From UHGV virus genome UHGV-0163337: a stretch of DNA of 34,745 nucleotides; one strand, written 5' to 3'. Below the pieces are notes generated by a model that worked only from the letters and a program-made list of their open reading frames with translations, searched no databases and was not told the DNA's origin. The DNA is from a virus. This document shows positions 17,754-26,774 of this stretch, in pieces. Position 1 is the stretch's first letter. Each line of letters opens with the position of its first letter. A program made the translations under genes and the position numbers.

Positions 17754-17898
17754 CCCGCAGACGAACGGCGATTTAAGTGCTGATATCCGGCAGCTTGAGA
17801 ACGCGCTGGCACGCTGTGCCAGCCAGGTAAAAATGATTAAACACTGTCAGGACGAAAACGATGCTCAAACCCGACAGCCTGCGCAGGGCGCTGACTGA
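17608..17898 (+). CDS. lysC: o-spanin (Rz1-like lipoprotein) LysC, nested in +1 frame of lysB
   Basis: 96 aa from ATG 17608 inside the longer ORF 17491-17898; signal peptide ending in Cys; Pro-rich; overlaps lysB 3' end and R 5' end. Confidence 0.7.
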   Translation: MKTKIFAAGTVLTCLMLCAACTSARPAPTPVIVANACPKVSLCPMPGSDPQTNGDLSADIRQLENALARCASQVKMIKHCQDENDAQTRQPAQGAD

Positions 17899-18328
17899 TG
17901 CCGTCACGGTGCTGAAAACTAACCCCGATATGCTGCGGATATTCGTGGATAACGGGAGTATTGCCTCCACGCTGGCGGCGTCGTTGTCATTCGAAAAGCG
18001 TTACACGCTCAATGTCATTGTGACCGACTTTACCGGTGATTTTGACCTGCTCATCGTGCCGGTACTGGCGTGGCTGCGGGAAAATCAGCCCGACATCATG
18101 ACCACCGACGAAGGCCAGAAAAAGGGCTTCATGTTTTATGCAGACATCAACAATGACAGCAGCTTTGATGTCAGCATCAGCCTGATGCTGACCGAGCGCA
18201 CGCTGGTCAGTGAGGTCGACGGCGCACTGCATGTGAAGAATATCCCGGAACCCCCGCCGCCGGAGCCGGTCACCCGCCCGATGGAGCTTTATATCAATGG
18301 CGAACTGGTGAGCAAGTGGAATGAATGA
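17861..18328 (+). CDS. R: tail completion protein R
   Basis: 155 aa, same as P2 gpR. Confidence 0.88.
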   Translation: MLKPDSLRRALTDAVTVLKTNPDMLRIFVDNGSIASTLAASLSFEKRYTLNVIVTDFTGDFDLLIVPVLAWLRENQPDIMTTDEGQKKGFMFYADINNDSSFDVSISLMLTERTLVSEVDGALHVKNIPEPPPPEPVTRPMELYINGELVSKWNE

Positions 18329-18773
18329 GTTTAAGCGTTTTGAAGACCGGCTGGCCGGACTGATTGAATCGCTGTCACCGTCAGGGCGTCGGCGACTGAG
18401 TGCCGAACTGGCGAAACGTCTGCGGCAGAGTCAGCAGCGTCGGGTGATGGCACAGAAAGCCCCGGACGGCACACCCTACGCGCCACGCCAGCAGCAGAGA
18501 GCCAGAAAAAAGACCGGTCGTGTTAAGCGAAAAATGTTTGCGAAACTTATCACCAGTCGTTTTTTGCATATCCGCGCCAGCCCGGAACAGGCATCAATGG
18601 AGTTTTACGGCGGGAAGTCACCGAAAATCGCCAGTGTGCATCAGTTCGGTCTGTCGGAAGAAACCTGGAAAGACGGTAAGAAAATTGATTATCCGGCGCG
18701 TCCTCTGCTCGGCTTTACCGGTGAGGATGTGCAGATGATTGAAGAGATTATCCTGGCTCACCTTGAGCGTTAG
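18321..18773 (+). CDS. S: tail completion protein S
   Basis: 150 aa, same as P2 gpS. Confidence 0.88.
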   Translation: MNEFKRFEDRLAGLIESLSPSGRRRLSAELAKRLRQSQQRRVMAQKAPDGTPYAPRQQQRARKKTGRVKRKMFAKLITSRFLHIRASPEQASMEFYGGKSPKIASVHQFGLSEETWKDGKKIDYPARPLLGFTGEDVQMIEEIILAHLER

Positions 18774-18803
18774 TTTTATCCAGGCAGAGGCTGATGCGCA
18801 ATT

Positions 18804-18838
18804 AAACATTGAGCGGCTGTGCTGGTCGCTCAATGTTT
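18804..18838. terminator. hairpin between convergent S and reverse-strand cargo gene
   Basis: 12-bp perfect inverted repeat AAACATTGAGCG / CGCTCAATGTTT with 11-nt loop. Confidence 0.6.
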
Positions 18839-18844
18839 AGAGGA

Positions 18845-19630
18845 TTATGAGTGGTTTTTATTTGATGATTTGTATTCTACAACTTTTTTATTGGCGTAAA
18901 GGAATTTTGTATATGACAGAAGTATAACCAGACCTGAAGTGAAATAGACGAGGGATATTATTAATAATGTTTTTCTGTGGCTGTTATTATCTTTAATCTC
19001 CTGACTTAACCATTTGGAGTCCTCCTCGTTTAGCTGTAAGAGCTTATTGCAGGCGATTGCAGGAAGTGTGTCTGTTACAAAAGTGTTCTGCAGTCTCTTG
19101 CAATCGGCAATGCTAAAAGCTTTATAGAACTTATCTGTTTTATTGTCGGAGAACAAAAGAACCTTGTCATTATAAACATGGTACATCATATTTTTATATG
19201 GTATGGCTATGGCATCCTCTACTATGGCAGATTGCTCGTTGTGTATGCAACATGCGAAGGTAATATAAAGAATTCCGGCCAGGACTGCACTCATTGTTTT
19301 TGTGATGCATGGCGGTTCTGTTATGTCTCCCCAGAAGCGAGTAAGGAAAAAATCCGATGTTTTTAGTTTTCCATCAATCAACCCCTGCTGTATCATTTTC
19401 ACATCTTTGATGCCTGATACATTGATTCCGTTAATTATTTTAAATAGTTGAATGTCGCGCCACTCGCGGTCCAGTCTTTTTAATTTTTTATCTGAATATC
19501 CAAATTTGAAATAATGTGCAATAAGCCTCATAAGGTTACTTTTACCAAAGCTAAAAAATGCTAATACTACAAAGACCAAAAGATACAAGACGATTAGCTC
19601 CCACACATTAGTCACATTATAGCTGACCAT
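18845..19630 (-). CDS. AT-rich membrane protein of unknown function (cargo at P2 orf30 position)
   Basis: 261 aa; strong SD AAGGAGAG; hydrophobic segments at N-terminus, middle and C-terminus; opposite strand to flanking late genes; low GC. Confidence 0.65.
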   Translation of the reverse strand: MVSYNVTNVWELIVLYLLVFVVLAFFSFGKSNLMRLIAHYFKFGYSDKKLKRLDREWRDIQLFKIINGINVSGIKDVKMIQQGLIDGKLKTSDFFLTRFWGDITEPPCITKTMSAVLAGILYITFACCIHNEQSAIVEDAIAIPYKNMMYHVYNDKVLLFSDNKTDKFYKAFSIADCKRLQNTFVTDTLPAIACNKLLQLNEEDSKWLSQEIKDNNSHRKTLLIISLVYFTSGLVILLSYTKFLYANKKVVEYKSSNKNHS

Positions 19631-19713
19631 TACGCTCTCCTTGAATGTTGTCTGGTGGTTCTACAAATGAATCCAGATAGCATAACTTTTATATATTGTG
19701 CAATCTCACATGC

Positions 19714-20349
19714 ATGAACACTCTCGCAAATATTCAGGAACTCGCGCGCGCACTGCGCAACATGATTCGTACTGGCCTTGTCGTCGAAACCAACCTTAAA
19801 GCCGGTCGCTGCCGTGTGCAGACCGGCGGCATGTGCACTGACTGGCTTCAGTGGCTGACCCATCGTGCCGGACGTTCACGCACATGGTGGGCACCTTCGG
19901 TGGGGGAGCAGGTGCTGATTCTGTCCGTGGGCGGCGAACTCGACACGGCGTTTGTTCTGCCGGGGATTTATTCCGGTGATAACCCCGCGCCGTCTGCGTC
20001 GGCGGATGCCCTGTACATCCGTTTCCCTGACGGGGCGGTGATTGAGTATGAACCCGAAACCAGTGCGCTCACGGCAAGCGGAAATAAAACGGCCAGCGTG
20101 ACGGCTTCTGATTCTGTTACCGCCACGGTGCCGGTGGTCATGGTGAAAGCGTCAACTCGCATCACCCTGGACACACCGGAGGTGGTCTGCACCAACAAGC
20201 TGACTACCGGCACGCTGGAAGTGCAGAAGGGCGGGACGATGCGCGGCAACATTGAACACACCGGCGGTGAACTCTCATCAAACGGTAAGGTACTGCATAC
20301 CCATAAACACCCCGGCGACAGCGGCGGCACAACCGGGGGACCTCTATGA
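19714..20349 (+). CDS. V: baseplate spike/assembly protein V
   Basis: 211 aa from ATG 19714 (ORF track begins at TTG 19696); P2 gpV 211 aa. Confidence 0.88.
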   Translation: MNTLANIQELARALRNMIRTGLVVETNLKAGRCRVQTGGMCTDWLQWLTHRAGRSRTWWAPSVGEQVLILSVGGELDTAFVLPGIYSGDNPAPSASADALYIRFPDGAVIEYEPETSALTASGNKTASVTASDSVTATVPVVMVKASTRITLDTPEVVCTNKLTTGTLEVQKGGTMRGNIEHTGGELSSNGKVLHTHKHPGDSGGTTGGPL

Positions 20350-20693
20350 CTGCGCGTTATCTCGGAATGAATCGCAGTGATGGCCTGACTGTCACTGACC
20401 TTGAGCATATCAGCCAGAGTATCGGCGATATCCTGCGCACACCGGTCGGCTCGCGGGTGATGCGTCGTGATTACGGCTCGTTGCTGGCGTCAATGATTGA
20501 CCAGCCGCAGACTCCGGCGCTTGAGTTGCAGATTAAGGTCGCCTGTTACATGGCGGTGCTGAAATGGGAACCCCGCGTCACCCTGTCATCCGTCACCACG
20601 GCGCGCAGCTTTGACGGTCGAATGACAGTTACGTTAACCGGCCAGCATAACGACACCGGCCAGCTACTTTCGTTAACCATCCCTGTGAGTTGA
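20346..20693 (+). CDS. W: baseplate protein W (gp25/GPW family)
   Basis: 115 aa, same as P2 gpW. Confidence 0.88.
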   Translation: MTARYLGMNRSDGLTVTDLEHISQSIGDILRTPVGSRVMRRDYGSLLASMIDQPQTPALELQIKVACYMAVLKWEPRVTLSSVTTARSFDGRMTVTLTGQHNDTGQLLSLTIPVS

Positions 20694-20697
20694 AACC

Positions 20698-21606
20698 ATG
20701 CCGATTATCGACCTGAACCAGCTACCCGCACCGGATGTGGTTGAGGAGCTGGACTTTGAAACCATTCTCGCCGAACGCAAGGCGACACTGATTTCCCTTT
20801 ACCCGGAAGACCAGCAGGAGGCGGTCGCCCGTACCCTGACGCTGGAATCTGAGCCTCTCGTCAAACTGCTGGAGGAAAATGCTTATCGTGAGCTTATCTG
20901 GCGTCAGCGTGTGAATGAGGCTGCACGGGCGGTAATGCTGGCCTGTGCCGCCGGTAATGACCTTGATGTGATTGGTGCCAATTACAACACCACGCGCCTG
21001 ACTATCACCCCGGCAGATGATTCGACCATTCCGCCGACACCGGCAGTGATGGAATCTGACACAGATTATCGTCTGCGTATTCAGCAGGCGTTTGAAGGTT
21101 TAAGCGTCGCCGGGTCGGTGGGTGCCTATCAGTATCATGGACGCAGTGCTGACGGGCGTGTTGCGGATATCTCTGTCACCAGTCCGTCTCCGGCCTGCGT
21201 CACTATCTCCGTGCTGTCACGTGAAAATAACGGTGTCGCATCCGAAGACCTGCTGGCCGTGGTGCGTAACGCCCTGAATGGCGAGGACGTCAGACCGGTG
21301 GCCGACCGCGTGACCGTACAGTCTGCCGCCATCGTTGAATACCAGATAAACGCCACGCTTTACCTTTACCCTGGTCCCGAAAGCGAACCCATCCGCGCTG
21401 CCGCCGTGAAAAAACTGGAAGCGTACATCACGGCACAGCACCGGCTGGGGCGCGACATCCGTCTGTCTGCCATTTATGCCGCTTTGCATGTGGAAGGCGT
21501 GCAGCGTGTCGAACTGGCTGCACCGCTGGCCGACATTGTGCTCAACAGTACGCAGGCGTCTTTCTGTACCGAATACCGCGTCGTGACCGGAGGCTCGGAT
21601 GAGTGA
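20698..21606 (+). CDS. J: baseplate protein J
   Basis: 302 aa, same as P2 gpJ. Confidence 0.9.
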   Translation: MPIIDLNQLPAPDVVEELDFETILAERKATLISLYPEDQQEAVARTLTLESEPLVKLLEENAYRELIWRQRVNEAARAVMLACAAGNDLDVIGANYNTTRLTITPADDSTIPPTPAVMESDTDYRLRIQQAFEGLSVAGSVGAYQYHGRSADGRVADISVTSPSPACVTISVLSRENNGVASEDLLAVVRNALNGEDVRPVADRVTVQSAAIVEYQINATLYLYPGPESEPIRAAAVKKLEAYITAQHRLGRDIRLSAIYAALHVEGVQRVELAAPLADIVLNSTQASFCTEYRVVTGGSDE

Positions 21607-22126
21607 GCGCCTGCTGCCGACCGGCTCATCACCGCTTGAAATTGCTGCCGCAAAAGCCTGTGCGGAAATTGAAAAAACGCCGGTCAGTATTCGTGAACTG
21701 TGGAACCCGGACACCTGTCCGGCAAATCTGCTGCCGTGGCTGGCGTGGGCGTTTTCGGTCGACAGGTGGGATGAAAAGTGGCCGGAAGCGACAAAACGCG
21801 CCGTTATCCGCGATGCCTATTTCATCCACTGTCATAAAGGCACTATCGGCGCAATCCGGCGTGTGGTGGAGCCGCTCGGCTATCTCATTAACGTAAAGGA
21901 ATGGTGGGAGACAAACGACCCGCCCGGAACCTTCCGCCTTGATATCGGCGTACTGGAAAGCGGCATCACGGAGGAGATGTATCTGGAAATGGAACGGCTT
22001 ATTGCCGATGCCAAGCCCGCAAGTCGCCACCTTATCGGTCTGAACATTATCCAGGACATTCCCGGCTGTCTGTATACAGGCGGTGTGGTCTGTGATGGTG
22101 ATGTTATTACTGTTTATCCCGGATAA
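21599..22126 (+). CDS. I: baseplate/tail protein I
   Basis: 175 aa (P2 gpI 176). Confidence 0.88.
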   Translation: MSERLLPTGSSPLEIAAAKACAEIEKTPVSIRELWNPDTCPANLLPWLAWAFSVDRWDEKWPEATKRAVIRDAYFIHCHKGTIGAIRRVVEPLGYLINVKEWWETNDPPGTFRLDIGVLESGITEEMYLEMERLIADAKPASRHLIGLNIIQDIPGCLYTGGVVCDGDVITVYPG

Positions 22127-22136
22127 GTGAGAAACA

Positions 22137-24896
22137 ATGAGCACGAAATTTAAAACCGTTATCACTACTGCCGGAGCCGCGAAGCTGGCAGCCGCCACTG
22201 TTCCCGGCGGGAAAAAAGTAAACCTGTCTGCAATGGCTGTGGGTGACGGTAATGGCCAATTGCCGGTGCCGGATGCCGGTCAGACGAAACTGGTGCATGA
22301 AGTCTGGCGTCATGCCCTGAATAAAGTCAGTGTGGATAACAAGAATAAAAACTATATCGTGGCTGAACTGGTTGTTCCGCCAGAAGTGGGCGGCTTCTGG
22401 ATGCGTGAGCTTGGTCTGTATGACGATGCCGGAACACTGATTGCGGTATCCAACATGGCAGAAAGCTATAAGCCAGAACTGGCTGAAGGCTCCGGACGTG
22501 CGCAGACCTGCCGCATGGTTATTATTCTCAGCAACGTGGCGTCCGTTGAGCTGAGTATTGATGCCAGCACAGTGATGGCGACGCAGGATTACGTCGATGA
22601 CAAAATCGCAGAGCATGAGCAGTCCCGCCGCCATCCTGACGCCACGCTGACAGAAAAAGGTTTTACTCAGTTAAGCAGTGCAACAAACAGCACCAGTGAA
22701 AAGCAGGCTGCAACGCCAAAGGCAGTAAAAGCAGCCTATGACAATGCTGAGAAACGTCTGCAGAAAGACCAGAACGGTGGCGATATTCCAGATAAGGACG
22801 CTTTTCTGGACAATGTTGGCGTTACCAGCCTGACGTTTATGAAAAACAATGGCGAAATGCCGCTTGATGCTGATCTGAATACATTTGGTCCCGTTAAGGC
22901 TTATCTGGGGATCTGGTCTAAAGCTACCTCAACTAACGCAACACTGGAGAAAAATTTCCCGGAAGATAATGCTGTCGGTGTGCTTGAGGTTTTTGCTGAC
23001 GGCAATTTTGCAGGTACGCAACGCTTCACCACGAGAGACGGCAATGTATACATACGCAGACTCGCCAATAAGTGGAATGGCTCTGATGGTCCGTGGGGCA
23101 TATGGCGTCACACTCAATCAGCTACCCGCCCTTTGAGTACGACTATAGACCTGAATACGCTTGGAGCCGCCGAACATCTTGGTTTATGGCGTAACAGTAG
23201 CTCGGCTATAGCTTCATATGAACGCAATTATCCAGAGGAAGGCGGCTTTGCTCAGGGGATGCTTGAGATCCTCGAAGGCGGAAATTATGGAAGAACGCAA
23301 CGTTATACCACTCGCCGTGGAAATATGTATGTCCGCTGCCTTGCGGCAAGCTGGGATGCATCAAATCCGCAGTGGGAACCGTGGTTAAGAGTCGGTCATC
23401 AGTCAGAGAGTCGTTATTACGAAGGTGATTTGAATGATGTAACCTCACCAGGTATTTACAGCGTTACAGGTAAAGCGACCAACGGTCCAGTACTGGACGG
23501 AAACGGCGTGACTGTACTCGGCATTCTGGAAGTGTTGAGGCGGTTTGATGGTGTTAATGTATGGCAGCGTTATACAACTGCCGGAACAGGTACAACCCTT
23601 AAAGGCCGCACCTTTGAGCGCGTCTTTACCGGCAGCTCATGGAGCGAATGGCGGGAAGTCTACACCTCGTATTCACTTCCCCTGAATCTGGGTATCGGCG
23701 GTGCTGTGGCAAAGCTCACCAGCCTGGACTGGCAGACCTACGATTTTGTGCCGGGCAGTCTGATAACCGTTAGGCTGGATAATATGACCAATATTCCCGA
23801 CGGTATGGACTGGGGCGTCATTGATGGCAACCTGATAAACATCGCAGTTGGTCCGAGTGATGATTCCGGTACGGGGCGCTCAATGCATGTATGGCGCAGC
23901 ACTGTAAGTAAAGCGAACTACCGATTTTTTATGGTGCGTATTTCAGGAAATCCGGGAAGCCGCACGATCACAGCAAGACGAGTACCAATCATTGACGAAG
24001 CCCAGACATGGGGCGCGAAACAGACATTCAGTGCTGGCCTTTCTGGTGAACTGTCCGGCAATGCGGCGACAGCAACAAAGCTGAAAACAGCCCGTAAAAT
24101 TAATAACGTTTCGTTTGATGGAACATCAGATATTAACCTGACGCCGAAAAATATTGGTGCATTTGCCTCAGGAAAAACAGGAGACACCGTTGCGAATGAT
24201 AAAGCCGTTGGGTGGAACTGGAGTAGCGGAGCCTATAACGCAACTACTGGTGGGGCATCAACGTTAATTCTTCATTTTAATATCGGTGAAGGAAGTTGTC
24301 CCGCCGCCCAGTTCCGCGTTAATTATAAGAACGGCGGTATTTTTTATCGTTCTGCTCGTGACGGTTACGGATTCGAGGCTGACTGGTCTGAGTTTTATAC
24401 CACAACGCGAAAACCTACAGCGGGAGATGTCGGTGCACTGCCGTTATCTGGTGGTCAATTGAATGGTGCTCTGGGTATAGGAACATCCAGTGCTCTTGGC
24501 GGTAATTCGATTGTTTTGGGTGATAATGACACGGGCTTTAAACAAAATGGTGATGGTAATCTGGATGTTTATGCTAATAGCGTCCATGTTATGCGCTTTG
24601 TCTCGGGAAGTATTCAAAGTAATAAAACCATAAATATTACGGGGCGTGTTAATCCCTCGGATTACGGTAACTTTGATTCCCGCTATGTCCGGGATATCCG
24701 GCTTGGTGGTGCTGCCACATACAAACCTGCGAACAATGGCATGACATGGACACATCAGGCACCGTCCGGGTGTGTATATTCCGGCATTATTGTTCAGGAT
24801 ACCGGCTCAAACTCTGCCGATAACATTGGTGGTGTATATTACAGACCGGTTCAGAAATACATTAACGGGACATGGTATAACGTGGCGCAGGTATAA
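22137..24896 (+). CDS. H: tail fiber protein H (extended, divergent C-terminal receptor-binding region)
   Basis: 919 aa (P2 gpH 669 as recalled); position between I and G; three ~80-aa internal repeats in the central region. Confidence 0.88.
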   Translation: MSTKFKTVITTAGAAKLAAATVPGGKKVNLSAMAVGDGNGQLPVPDAGQTKLVHEVWRHALNKVSVDNKNKNYIVAELVVPPEVGGFWMRELGLYDDAGTLIAVSNMAESYKPELAEGSGRAQTCRMVIILSNVASVELSIDASTVMATQDYVDDKIAEHEQSRRHPDATLTEKGFTQLSSATNSTSEKQAATPKAVKAAYDNAEKRLQKDQNGGDIPDKDAFLDNVGVTSLTFMKNNGEMPLDADLNTFGPVKAYLGIWSKATSTNATLEKNFPEDNAVGVLEVFADGNFAGTQRFTTRDGNVYIRRLANKWNGSDGPWGIWRHTQSATRPLSTTIDLNTLGAAEHLGLWRNSSSAIASYERNYPEEGGFAQGMLEILEGGNYGRTQRYTTRRGNMYVRCLAASWDASNPQWEPWLRVGHQSESRYYEGDLNDVTSPGIYSVTGKATNGPVLDGNGVTVLGILEVLRRFDGVNVWQRYTTAGTGTTLKGRTFERVFTGSSWSEWREVYTSYSLPLNLGIGGAVAKLTSLDWQTYDFVPGSLITVRLDNMTNIPDGMDWGVIDGNLINIAVGPSDDSGTGRSMHVWRSTVSKANYRFFMVRISGNPGSRTITARRVPIIDEAQTWGAKQTFSAGLSGELSGNAATATKLKTARKINNVSFDGTSDINLTPKNIGAFASGKTGDTVANDKAVGWNWSSGAYNATTGGASTLILHFNIGEGSCPAAQFRVNYKNGGIFYRSARDGYGFEADWSEFYTTTRKPTAGDVGALPLSGGQLNGALGIGTSSALGGNSIVLGDNDTGFKQNGDGNLDVYANSVHVMRFVSGSIQSNKTINITGRVNPSDYGNFDSRYVRDIRLGGAATYKPANNGMTWTHQAPSGCVYSGIIVQDTGSNSADNIGGVYYRPVQKYINGTWYNVAQV

Positions 24897-24899
24897 TTT

Positions 24900-25427
24900 A
24901 TGCAGCATTTAAAAAATATTACGGCGGGTAATCCAAAAACGGTTGAACAATATCAATTGACAAAAGACTTTGATGTTGTCTGGTTTTTTTCAGAAGATGG
25001 TAAGAACTGGTACGAAGAACAAAAGTATTTTGCTGATGACACGCTAAAAATAGCGTACGACAAAGATAATATCATCCGCTATGTGGAAAAGGATGTGACA
25101 GCTATCAGACCGGATGGATTAAGTGTTGTTGAAGTGGCGGATATTACTGCTAACCGACGGGCGGACATTTCAGGGAACTGGATGTTTAAGGACGGTACAG
25201 TGATTAAACGCATTTATACGGCAGAGGAATTGCAGCAGCAGGCAGAAAACCGGAAAGCCAGACTTCTTGCAGATGCTGAATCCGTGATTTTGCCACTGGA
25301 GCGCGCTGTCAGGCTGAACATGGCAACAGATGAGGAGCGTAGCCGACTGGAAGCATGGGAACGCTACAGTGTTCTGGTCAGCCGTGTGGATCCTGCAAAT
25401 CCTGAATGGCCGGAAATGCCGCAATAA
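24900..25427 (+). CDS. G: tail fiber assembly chaperone G
   Basis: 175 aa, same as P2 gpG; immediately after H. Confidence 0.85.
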   Translation: MQHLKNITAGNPKTVEQYQLTKDFDVVWFFSEDGKNWYEEQKYFADDTLKIAYDKDNIIRYVEKDVTAIRPDGLSVVEVADITANRRADISGNWMFKDGTVIKRIYTAEELQQQAENRKARLLADAESVILPLERAVRLNMATDEERSRLEAWERYSVLVSRVDPANPEWPEMPQ

Positions 25428-25462
25428 GTTGTATGAACTCTGGTGTGAGCTTACATATCTAT

Positions 25463-25502
25463 GGCACAGAGTAAAGCCTAATCTGACAGTCCGCTCTGTG
25501 CC
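25463..25502 (+). terminator. hairpin downstream of G (weak terminator candidate)
   Basis: 9-bp inverted repeat GGCACAGAG / CTCTGTGCC with 22-nt loop; no U-tract. Confidence 0.3.
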
Positions 25503-25606
25503 AGGAGCGGAAGTAGCTAACAGCTCTTAGTGTTGATTAATGAGGAGCAGGCCGCTATCGCTAATTCCGCTTGCTGATGTATGGTAAGTACTGATAACCT
25601 TGATTT

Positions 25607-26458
25607 ATGATACTTAGTTTATACATCATATTATGGATGATCATTATGTCGCGTAGCTTATACCCAACGACCTTGTTTCATTTTACTGAAAAGTTAGATA
25701 CCTTATTTGAGATACTTGACTCAAGTTATTTTCGAATTTCTTTCGCTAGAGAGTTTATACAAGGCCAGAGCACGAATAGAAATTTCGGTATACCGATGGT
25801 TTCATTTTGTGATATCAGGCTAACACAGCTTACCCAGCATACTGAAAGTTATGGCCATTATGGCATAGGATTATCAAAAGATTGGGCAAACGAAAATGGA
25901 CTTAATCCAGTAATTTACATGTCCAAGCACTCTTCTGTTTTTGATAATTATAATCTAGAGATTAGGCGTTTAAAAGCAGAAGTTAATAAGTTATTAAAGC
26001 ATTTGGACGAAATAAAATCTTCAGGAACAACATCTCAATTAACTAATGCAAAGCGGAAATATGACTCGGCGATTCTTAGTTACAAGAAAATTGTAGATCC
26101 TTTGCGATATATGAAAAATTACCAGGCAACTTTGAAACGACGCAATGGTCAGGAGAAACCTAACTATATTTTTGCAGATGAGAGGGAGTGGCGATTTGTT
26201 CCAGATATAGAAAAATCAATTGGAAAACCAGTGATCGCTGCTTCGAAAAATATATCAACTCAAGATGGCAAGAGAAAATATAACGAATATTATGATGATG
26301 ACAGGTTACCCTTTTCACATAAGGATATTAAATATGTCATTGTAGAGCATGAAAGTGATGTTGAAAAGATGATGGACTTTCTGCATATAAAGTATGGTTC
26401 AAAAAGTAGCTTGATTCCAAGGGTTCTCTCAACCGAATTGATAGCGAATGATATGTAA
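25607..26458 (+). CDS. AT-rich cargo protein of unknown function (possible Abi-like), P2 Z/fun position
   Basis: 283-aa ORF (alternative ATG 25646 would remove the hydrophobic N-terminal 13 aa); very low GC; no catalytic motif recognised by eye. Confidence 0.6.
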   Translation: MILSLYIILWMIIMSRSLYPTTLFHFTEKLDTLFEILDSSYFRISFAREFIQGQSTNRNFGIPMVSFCDIRLTQLTQHTESYGHYGIGLSKDWANENGLNPVIYMSKHSSVFDNYNLEIRRLKAEVNKLLKHLDEIKSSGTTSQLTNAKRKYDSAILSYKKIVDPLRYMKNYQATLKRRNGQEKPNYIFADEREWRFVPDIEKSIGKPVIAASKNISTQDGKRKYNEYYDDDRLPFSHKDIKYVIVEHESDVEKMMDFLHIKYGSKSSLIPRVLSTELIANDM

Positions 26459-26774
26459 TTTAAGCTCTGTTTTTGCCTAAATTATCTATGCAATGCTTCC
26501 TTTTTGATACTTCATCGTGCTCTTATTGTGTTTAACGCTAAAACTAACCTACTCCCCGTGTTTCACATAGACCGCTATTAGCAATGTCCGCTGCGTGCGA
26601 AGAGCGGACATTACTAACATAGTGCCCAGAAGCTTTAAGGGAAGTAAGTCAAGTCCAAAAGTGCGGTTAAAGTAATGCTAATCTTTCCATTGAATGAGTG
26701 GATTGAGTATTAGAATTACATCTCCATAGCTACTTAAGCGGATTATTTAAAATTTTAATTAAGAGGTTCTAATT

